Shown here piece by piece: positions 9,612 to 18,270 of a DNA stretch of 28,698 bases (positions within the stretch are counted from its first letter, which is position 1; each line of letters begins with the position of its first letter). The stretch covers positions 1-28,698 of the IMG/VR virus record IMGVR_UViG_3300020570_000028. One strand, given 5' to 3'. The notes under the pieces are model-generated. The model was not told the DNA's origin, made no database searches, and worked only from the letters and a program-made list of their open reading frames with translations. Origin of the DNA: a virus. Its lineage: Duplodnaviria; Caudoviricetes. Made by a program: the position numbers and the translations under genes.

Positions 9612-10001
9612 ATGTCTTATCAAATGCAACACGATGTCGACCCGAAAGATGATTTGCTGAAAAAGCTAGGGGACATTAAGGATATTGAAATTTTCCACAA
9701 TCAATTGCTTTGCGCAGTGTACATACGGCCTGAAAAAACTAAGTCAGGCATTGTTCTGCCGGATCAACACCGAGCAGAAGATCGGTTCCAAGGCAAGATT
9801 GGTCTTGTTCTTAAAAAAGGACCTGACGCTTTTGTTGATGCCAATGATCATTGGTTCAAAGACCTGAACGTTAACGTGAACGATTGGGTGGTTTTCCGCC
9901 CCTCTGATGGCTGGAGCGTCACGATCAACAACGTTTTGTGCAGAATTTTGGACGATGTTAATGTCCGTGGCCGCGTCAAACACCCTGATCAAGTCTGGTA
10001 A
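9612..10001 (+). CDS. groES: Co-chaperonin GroES-like protein
   Basis: Mobile loop EKTKSGIVLP, GLVLKKGPDAF, VNDWVVF and RILDDVNV match the GroES/Cpn10 pattern; GGAG RBS. Confidence 0.85.
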   Translation: MSYQMQHDVDPKDDLLKKLGDIKDIEIFHNQLLCAVYIRPEKTKSGIVLPDQHRAEDRFQGKIGLVLKKGPDAFVDANDHWFKDLNVNVNDWVVFRPSDGWSVTINNVLCRILDDVNVRGRVKHPDQVW

Positions 10002-10012
10002 GGAGAATTGCA

Positions 10013-10909
10013 ATGGCAAACGAATCTGAACAAATTGAAATTGAGCTTGATGACGTTGAAAAAGCATCTAAAGCAGACGAAAAAGATGACATCAAAGTAG
10101 TTAAAGCTGAAGAAACGTCGGCAAAAAATGAAATTGTTGGCGAAGAAGGCATTGAAGAGCTGAAGAGACGCCTTGAAGAAGAGCGCCAGCTTCGTTTTGA
10201 TGCTGAAAAGCGTGCTCGGGAGTATGCGCAACGCGAAACTAGCGCCCGAAACGAGATTCAAGACAGCAATTTGACGTTGGTAACTAACGCCATCGAGACT
10301 GTGAAGCAAAATAACTCGATCTTGAAGGCAAATTACCGCGATGCAATGTCCGTTGGAGACTTTGACAGGGCCGCAGAGATTCAAGAGGCCCTTTCCTCAA
10401 ACTCTGCGAAGCTTTTGCAGCTTGAACAGGGCAAACAAGCTCTCGAAAGTATGCCAAAGCAGCAGACGCAGTTGCCAGCAGACCCTGTAGAGGCTTTGGC
10501 ATCGCAGCTTTCGCCCCGGTCGGCGGCTTGGCTTCGCCGAAACCCTGAGTGCGCCACAGATCAGCGCCTTTTCCAGAAAATGCTGGCCGCTCATAACCTT
10601 GCTATGGCTGATGGGATTGAACCAGACAGCGACGATTACTTTGAGTTTGTTGAAAACACGATCAACATCAGAAAATCAGCGCCTAAAAGGGTTGACCCTG
10701 TTGCAGATGAAGATCCTACAGCGGCAGCCGCAAAACCTACTCAGCGGCGTACTTCGCCGCCCGCAGCGCCTGTCACCAGAGGCGGAGAACGATCAAATGT
10801 CGTTCGTTTGACGTCTCAAGAAAGAGAAATAGCCCAGATGATGGGTATGTCTGACAAGGAGTACGCGACCCATAAACTCGCCCTTCAAAAAGAAGGCAAA
10901 CTTAACTAA
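10013..10909 (+). CDS. Putative capsid scaffolding protein, 298 aa
   Basis: Acidic N-terminus, long coiled coil, C-terminal VRLTSQEREIAQMMGMSDKEYA helix pair; upstream of capsid genes; AAGGAG RBS. Confidence 0.6.
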   Translation: MANESEQIEIELDDVEKASKADEKDDIKVVKAEETSAKNEIVGEEGIEELKRRLEEERQLRFDAEKRAREYAQRETSARNEIQDSNLTLVTNAIETVKQNNSILKANYRDAMSVGDFDRAAEIQEALSSNSAKLLQLEQGKQALESMPKQQTQLPADPVEALASQLSPRSAAWLRRNPECATDQRLFQKMLAAHNLAMADGIEPDSDDYFEFVENTINIRKSAPKRVDPVADEDPTAAAAKPTQRRTSPPAAPVTRGGERSNVVRLTSQEREIAQMMGMSDKEYATHKLALQKEGKLN

Positions 10910-10923
10910 TAGGAGTTTTTATC

Positions 10924-11562
10924 ATGAATGATCAAATTAAAAGAGTTCGCCCAAAGATGAGCAAGTTTCGTGAAGCTTCGGACAAACTCAAAGAAGAATA
11001 CGCAACGGCACAGGCTGAGGTTGCCGAAGAGCAGGAAGCAGTAGCTGATGACGTTGGTCTTCGTCGAGCAGAAATGAGAACACCTATGCGAGAAGAAGAT
11101 CCGCGAACTCGCGCAGCGCGACGTGCCGAAGAGATCCGCAATCACATAGGCGGTCTTGATGACGGTACTGACGAGTTCTTTATTGACCCTCGCGATATTC
11201 CGCCGGGCTGGTCATACGAATGGAAGCGCAAAACCGTTCTCGGTCAGGAAGACCCGGCTTACATGGTGAGCTTAGCCCGTAAGGGCTGGGAACCAGTGCC
11301 GGCTGCGCGTCATCCGCACATGATGCCGGAGGGATATGCCAGCGCGGCGATTGAGCGTAAAGGTCTGATCCTTATGGAGCGCCCGCTTGAGCTAACCGAA
11401 GAGCAGCGGGAGCTTGATCGAAGGGCGGCAATCAATCAGGTCCGACAGAAAGAGCAGCAGCTTGCCCAAGCGCCAAGTGGCCAATTTGAACGGCAAAACA
11501 AAGACTCTCCGTTGATCAAAGTCAAAAAGTCCTATGAGGCGATTCCAATCCCAAAGGACTAA
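10924..11562 (+). CDS. Conserved phage head-module protein, 212 aa
   Basis: AGGAG RBS; motif IPPGWSYEWKR...GWEPV...GLILMERP, which I recognise from genes between scaffold and capsid in related phages. Confidence 0.7.
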   Translation: MNDQIKRVRPKMSKFREASDKLKEEYATAQAEVAEEQEAVADDVGLRRAEMRTPMREEDPRTRAARRAEEIRNHIGGLDDGTDEFFIDPRDIPPGWSYEWKRKTVLGQEDPAYMVSLARKGWEPVPAARHPHMMPEGYASAAIERKGLILMERPLELTEEQRELDRRAAINQVRQKEQQLAQAPSGQFERQNKDSPLIKVKKSYEAIPIPKD

Positions 11563-11578
11563 CCCTAGAGAAAAACTG

Positions 11579-11604
11579 AAGGCGCCGAAAGGCGCCTTTT
11601 TTTT
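11579..11604 (+). terminator. Rho-independent terminator
   Basis: AAGGCGCC-GAAA-GGCGCCTT followed by further Ts (8-T run); GNRA tetraloop. Confidence 0.92.
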
Positions 11605-11610
11605 GCCTTG

Positions 11611-11640
11611 TTGACAATTTTGAAAAAAGGGCGTTATCTT
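11611..11640 (+). promoter_or_regulatory. Sigma70-type promoter for the capsid operon
   Basis: Perfect -35 TTGACA (11611-11616), 18-nt spacer, -10 TATCTT (11635-11640); directly after a terminator. Confidence 0.75.
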
Positions 11641-11644
11641 GCGT

Positions 11645-11740
11645 CCCAATGCCTCCCCCGGCGGGAGGTTTTTTGTAAAACCCCGGCCTAGTCGCCCCGG
11701 CGTGCGATGATGGCTTCTCGATAGGAGAACCCGTCATGGC
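11645..11740 (+). promoter_or_regulatory. Structured 5' leader (candidate cis-regulatory RNA)
   Basis: Hairpin 11651-11669 plus T6; three CCCCGGC copies; hairpin 11707-11737 pairing over the RBS and start codon. Confidence 0.55.
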
Positions 11741-12332
11741 GAATACTTTTGCGCCTTTCGGATTTCGTCAGTCTTCGGGCACCGGTTCTGCTCCCACGTA
11801 CGAGCAGGTCGCAAGCTTTTGCGTCTACGACACGGCTGCCATGTATTACGGCGATCCGATTTTCCGTGATGCAACGACCGGCGGTGTCAAACCCGACACC
11901 CCGGGAACCGGCATTCTTGCTGGCGTTTTTTATGGCTGTAAGTACCTCTCGGTTTCCCAGAAGCGCACCGTATGGAGCAATTTCTGGGGCGCTGCCGACG
12001 TTGCCTCTGGCAACCTCGTTGAGGTCTATCTGGTCAATGACCCGAATGCCAAGTTCCTTGCTCAGGTTGGTGGCTCGGCTTCGGTCGGCGCTACGGCTGC
12101 CGAAATTGGCTCGAACGTGCAGTTTGCGTATGGCACTCCGTCCACCGCGACCGGCATCTCAGGAGCTTTTGTGAATATCGCCGTCACGCCGACCACCACG
12201 GCTACGCTCCCGTTCAAGCTGGTGAGCCTTGTTACGAACCCCCCGGGTTCTAACGGGACGGAAGCGGGCGTCTACAATTACGTAATTGTGGCGTTCAACA
12301 ACGTCGAAACCAAGACCCTCACGGGCGTTTAA
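11736..12332 (+). CDS. Putative capsid decoration/cement protein, 198 aa
   Basis: Immediately upstream of the MCP; MANTFAPFGFR start with GDP, GVFYGCKY and DPNAKF motifs typical of this gene position; beta-rich. Confidence 0.65.
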   Translation: MANTFAPFGFRQSSGTGSAPTYEQVASFCVYDTAAMYYGDPIFRDATTGGVKPDTPGTGILAGVFYGCKYLSVSQKRTVWSNFWGAADVASGNLVEVYLVNDPNAKFLAQVGGSASVGATAAEIGSNVQFAYGTPSTATGISGAFVNIAVTPTTTATLPFKLVSLVTNPPGSNGTEAGVYNYVIVAFNNVETKTLTGV

Positions 12333-12345
12333 GGAGTAAGGGAAA

Positions 12346-13257
12346 ATGGCTGTCAATCTTTCAGCAATTAAGGACCTTCTCCTCCCCGGACTCCGTGGGA
12401 TTGAAGGCAAGTACGAGATGATCCCATCTCAGTACGACAAGATCTTCACCAAGCATGATTCGAAGCTGGCTCTCGAGCGCACCGCTGAAATGCGGTACCT
12501 CGGCCTCGCTCAGTTAAAGACTGAGGGTGGTCAGACGTCCTTCGACAACAATGCTGGCGAACGTTTTGTGTACAACCAAGAGCACAATGAAATTGCCCTT
12601 GGTTACGCAATCACCCGCAAGGCGATTGACGACAACTTGTACAAGACGCAGTTCCACCCGTCGAACCTCGGTCTGATTGAATCTTTCCAGCAGACCAAGG
12701 AAATCTACGGCGCGAACATCCTCAACACTGCGCAGACCTACAACTCGGCCATTGGTGGCGACGGCGTTTCGCTCGTCAATACCTCGCACCCGATTGATGG
12801 TGGCACGGTAGCCAACCGTCCTGCGGTTGACGCTGACCTGAACGAAAGCTCGCTGCTGAACGCGATGATCGCGATCCGTACGAACTTCCGCGATCAGGCT
12901 GGCTTGAAGGTGTTTGCTCGTGGTCGCAAGCTGGTTGTTCCGCCCGCGCTCGAACCGACAGCGATCCGTCTCACGAAGACGGAGCTTCGTCCGGGTACGG
13001 CGAACAACGACGTGAACGCGATCTTGACGACTGCAGGCGGCCTGCCTGAGGGCTACATGGTCAACGACTTCTTGACCTCGGCCCGAGCTTGGTTCCTGCT
13101 GACCAACATCGATGGTCTGTCGTACATGGACCGTGTGAGCTTCGAGACTGATATGCAAGTGGACTTTGTCACCGACAACCTGTTGGTCAAGGGCTACGAG
13201 CGTTACAGCTTCGGCTACTACAACTGGCGCTCGATCTTCGGATCGCTGCCCACGTAA
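12346..13257 (+). CDS. Major capsid protein (HK97 fold, Mu gpT-like family), 303 aa
   Basis: LLLPGL N-terminus, KTEGG, ALGYAITRKAIDDNLY, GGDGVSL...HP, KLVVPPAL, AWFLLT, RYSFGYYNWR; strong AAGGAG RBS. Confidence 0.9.
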   Translation: MAVNLSAIKDLLLPGLRGIEGKYEMIPSQYDKIFTKHDSKLALERTAEMRYLGLAQLKTEGGQTSFDNNAGERFVYNQEHNEIALGYAITRKAIDDNLYKTQFHPSNLGLIESFQQTKEIYGANILNTAQTYNSAIGGDGVSLVNTSHPIDGGTVANRPAVDADLNESSLLNAMIAIRTNFRDQAGLKVFARGRKLVVPPALEPTAIRLTKTELRPGTANNDVNAILTTAGGLPEGYMVNDFLTSARAWFLLTNIDGLSYMDRVSFETDMQVDFVTDNLLVKGYERYSFGYYNWRSIFGSLPT

Positions 13258-13269
13258 AGGAGAACCATT

Positions 13270-14289
13270 ATGGGTATCACTAATCTCAGCGGCCTCGAAG
13301 TCGCAGGCGTACCCACAATGGGCATGGCGGGAGCTCCGCTGTTCTCGGGTAGCTTCTATTTCGTTGACTACGTCAACGGCAATGACGGCAACCCGGGATC
13401 GGCGGACGAGCCCCTGAAGACGATCTATGCAGCTCACGCTTTGATGCAGGCAGGCAATAACGATGTCTGTGTCATTGTGGGCGATGGAACGACTGCTGGA
13501 ACTCAACGCCTCTCCATTGCGAACGCACAAGTCGGCGATCCGGCTGCAACGGTGGGAACTCTAGTTTGGGATAAGGATGCATGCCATTTGATTGGTATGA
13601 CCGCCCCCACTGGGATCTCGCCGCGTGCTCGGCTTGCTCCTGAAACCACTGCAACCCTGACCACTTTTGGCTCGGGAACCTTGGTGAGCGTAACGGCCAG
13701 CGGCTGTTACTTCTCCAACTTCCAAGCTTTCAGTGGTTATGCGACGGGTGGTGCCAACCAGCTCTGCTGGGTCGACACTGGCAGTCGTAACTACTACCAA
13801 AGCGTTCACTTCGCTGGCGCAGGTGACACGGCCTCTGCTCAGGCCACTACCAGCCGTTCGCTGGTTTTGGACGGCGCTCAAGAGAGCACGTTTGTCGGAT
13901 GTACTTTTGGCGTGGACACTGTCCAGAAGACAGTCGCGAACTCAATTGTTGAATTTAAGAGCGGGGCAACTCGCAACAAGTTCATCAGTTGCGACTTTCA
14001 ATGGTGGTCCAATTCTGCAACCACGCTTGTTCTCTCGGCGGCGGCGGCTTCCGCAATCGACCGTTGGAATAAGTTCGATAACTGTGCCTTCTTGGGCTTC
14101 GGCACTGACCTGACGGGTATCGCCTCCTTGGCGGCCTCGGCGGGCGGTACTTTGCTCATGAAGAGCTGCACGCTGGTCTCCGGTTCTTCAACCAACTGGG
14201 GCGTCGACGCTACGTCGCTGGCCCAGATTCGTGTTGATGGCGGAGCGCCGACCGCAGCTACCACCGGCATCGCCGTAGTGCCCACCTAA
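13270..14289 (+). CDS. Pectate-lyase-like beta-helix protein (putative capsid spike/fibre), 339 aa
   Basis: YFVDYVNGNDGNPGSADEPLKTIYAA is the classic N-cap of parallel beta-helices; repeated F-x-x-C-x-F rungs (FVGCTF, FISCDF, FDNCAF); AAGGAG RBS; directly after the MCP. Confidence 0.7.
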   Translation: MGITNLSGLEVAGVPTMGMAGAPLFSGSFYFVDYVNGNDGNPGSADEPLKTIYAAHALMQAGNNDVCVIVGDGTTAGTQRLSIANAQVGDPAATVGTLVWDKDACHLIGMTAPTGISPRARLAPETTATLTTFGSGTLVSVTASGCYFSNFQAFSGYATGGANQLCWVDTGSRNYYQSVHFAGAGDTASAQATTSRSLVLDGAQESTFVGCTFGVDTVQKTVANSIVEFKSGATRNKFISCDFQWWSNSATTLVLSAAAASAIDRWNKFDNCAFLGFGTDLTGIASLAASAGGTLLMKSCTLVSGSSTNWGVDATSLAQIRVDGGAPTAATTGIAVVPT

Positions 14290-14302
14290 GGAGTAACTGA
14301 AC

Positions 14303-14617
14303 ATGAAAGGCAAGATGATGAAAGGCCGTTCCAAGCGCGCCACCGGCGGTGTCAACCAAGCCGCCGAGGACCTTGGTCGGAAAAACCTTCGATACACCTA
14401 CCAGTCCAATGTCAACGATGCCGCTGAAGAGCGCAAGCGTGGCGGGAAGACGATGAAGAAGCACGCTGGCAAAGTGGACGGCAAGAAAGCCGACATGCAT
14501 GCCGGTCGCAAGCCGCGTAAAAGCGGTGGCCGCGCCTCTTCGGATCAGAACCCGTTCACTTCTGCTCGCAAGGGCACGCCGCCGCCGGGCCGCACGCTCG
14601 ATGGCAGCCTTGATTAA
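14303..14617 (+). CDS. Small basic protein with xxGG motifs, 104 aa
   Basis: AAGGAG RBS; K/R/G-rich; RATGG, RKRGG, RKSGG. Confidence 0.75.
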   Translation: MKGKMMKGRSKRATGGVNQAAEDLGRKNLRYTYQSNVNDAAEERKRGGKTMKKHAGKVDGKKADMHAGRKPRKSGGRASSDQNPFTSARKGTPPPGRTLDGSLD

Positions 14618-14639
14618 TCTGGGCTGAAAAGGCAAAAAG

Positions 14640-14666
14640 AACGGGGGCCTCTGTGCCCCCGTTTTT
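14640..14666 (+). terminator. Rho-independent terminator closing the capsid operon
   Basis: AACGGGGGC-ctctgt-GCCCCCGTT followed by TTT; A-rich upstream. Confidence 0.85.
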
Positions 14667-14682
14667 CCTTGAGGAATTGCAA

Positions 14683-14958
14683 ATGGCAAAGACTCCAGCA
14701 TGGCAGCGCAAAGAGGGTCAGTCCTCAGAGGGCGGCCTAAACGAAAAGGGCCGCGCTTCGTTGCGCGCTCAAGGGCAAAACATTAAACGTCCGGTGACCT
14801 CTGGCGAGGCAAAGAAAAGCCCGGCAGCAGCCGCCAGACGCGACAATTTCAGAAGCCGGATGTGCGGCATGAAGGAAAAGCTGACGTCACCCAAGACGAA
14901 GCATGATCCGAATAGCCGAATCAATCTGGCCCTCAAACGTTGGGATGTTAAGTGCTAA
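14683..14958 (+). CDS. Conserved small basic phage protein, 91 aa
   Basis: GAGGA RBS before ATG 14683 (the ORF-track start at 14653 lies inside the terminator); MAKTPAWQRKEG...GGLN...SRINLALKRW pattern recurs in uncultured phages. Confidence 0.75.
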   Translation: MAKTPAWQRKEGQSSEGGLNEKGRASLRAQGQNIKRPVTSGEAKKSPAAAARRDNFRSRMCGMKEKLTSPKTKHDPNSRINLALKRWDVKC

Positions 14959-14987
14959 CATCTCGAAAACTTCATAGGTGAATCGCC

Positions 14988-15644
14988 ATGACTCAACCTC
15001 TTTTTACTTCTGTAGGCCCAATTGCATCAGCAGATGCTGATGGCATTTGCTTGTCTCAAACCCCTAATGCGGGTCCATTCCTTTTAAACGGAGCTCTTGT
15101 TGTAAGTGGCGTCGCTGTTTTAGATGAGCCGCGCCGAGTTGAAATTGACACCACGGGCGATGAATCTGCGGCAACTTTCGTAGTTACGGGCACTCTCTGG
15201 AATGGTCAAGTTTTTAGTGAATCAATCACTGGAATTCCTTCAGGGGGCACGGGTTCAACCACTCAAAGCTTTGCGACTGTTACCTCGGTCACGATAAGCG
15301 TCAATGCTAACGATTCAATTGTTGTTGGCACGAACGGCGTCGCTGATTCGCCTTGGCTTCGTCTTGACGACTATGCGCCTTCGCCGACTGGGGTGACTGT
15401 CGTTGTTGATGGCACTGTGAACTACGACGTTGAAATCTCGCAGGATGATCCTGATTCGTTCATCAGCCCGGTCCCCATTGGTGAAATGGTGTGGCTTGAT
15501 GCCCTTGATGCCAACTTGGTCAGTGAGTCTACAAACAAGACCGGCGGCTTTACTTACACGCCATGCTGGGTTCGTTTGACGCTCAACAGCGGAAGTGGCT
15601 CAGCGAGGATGACGGTAGTACAGTCCGGCACAATTCCGAAGTAA
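14988..15644 (+). CDS. Putative virion structural protein (beta-rich), 218 aa
   Basis: AGGTG RBS; T/S/V/G-rich, acidic; in the morphogenesis operon. Confidence 0.65.
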   Translation: MTQPLFTSVGPIASADADGICLSQTPNAGPFLLNGALVVSGVAVLDEPRRVEIDTTGDESAATFVVTGTLWNGQVFSESITGIPSGGTGSTTQSFATVTSVTISVNANDSIVVGTNGVADSPWLRLDDYAPSPTGVTVVVDGTVNYDVEISQDDPDSFISPVPIGEMVWLDALDANLVSESTNKTGGFTYTPCWVRLTLNSGSGSARMTVVQSGTIPK

Positions 15645-15656
15645 TCAGGAGGCGTT

Positions 15657-16349
15657 ATGGCTACCAGCGGCACCTACGCCTTTAATCCGTCTCTGGGTGA
15701 GATGACGCTTTATGCGTTCAATCTCTGTGGCATTCGAAATACCGCCCTCACTCAAGAGCACATGGAATCTGCTCGCATGGCGAGCAACATGCTGCTTGGT
15801 CGCTGGAGCAGTCAGGGCGTCAATCTTTGGTGTGTTGACCTTCAAACCATCAATTTGACTGCGGGTGTTTCGACATACTCTGTGCCGGCTAACACCATCG
15901 TCATGCTCGACGCTTACATGGTCGATAGCACCGTTTCATCTTCAAACGTTGATCGGCTAATCCTGCCCATCAGCAGAACTGAATACGCAAGCTACCCAAA
16001 CAAGACCCAGCAGGGCTTTCCGACAACTTTTTGGTTCAATAGGTTGTTATCGCCTGAAGTCACGTTGTGGCCTGTTCCAGACGGCACTCAGCCTCAATTC
16101 AAGTATTACCGCGTGCGGCAAATTCAGGATTCTGAATTTATCAATGCCCAGCAAACTGAGATTCCGTACTACTTCCTTGAAGCGTTCACTTTTGGCCTTG
16201 CCGAAAGACTCGCCATGATGTGGGCTCCTGATAAAATTCAAATCTTGAAGCCTCTTGCTGATGAGTCTTATCAAATTGCTGCCAGCCAGAATATTGAAAC
16301 CGCTCAGCAATACATCTCGCCCACGATCTCTAGCTACTATCAGGCCTGA
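15657..16349 (+). CDS. Head completion / head-tail connector protein, 230 aa
   Basis: AGGAGG RBS; MATSGT...AF..CG...AR...N.LL..W...GVNLW, ISRTEY...PNK...G.P and LWPVPD motifs of phage adaptor-type proteins. Confidence 0.7.
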   Translation: MATSGTYAFNPSLGEMTLYAFNLCGIRNTALTQEHMESARMASNMLLGRWSSQGVNLWCVDLQTINLTAGVSTYSVPANTIVMLDAYMVDSTVSSSNVDRLILPISRTEYASYPNKTQQGFPTTFWFNRLLSPEVTLWPVPDGTQPQFKYYRVRQIQDSEFINAQQTEIPYYFLEAFTFGLAERLAMMWAPDKIQILKPLADESYQIAASQNIETAQQYISPTISSYYQA

Positions 16350-16351
16350 TC

Positions 16352-18256
<1,905 letters not shown>

Positions 18257-18270
18257 TCGAGGTATGGTAA

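Noticed and set aside
12514-13530. 338-aa antisense ORF over the MCP
   Set aside because: Typical antisense open frame from biased codon usage in a highly expressed gene; no recognisable motifs.
14653-14682. ORF-track start at 14653
   Set aside because: Lies within the terminator stem-loop; ATG 14683 has the RBS.
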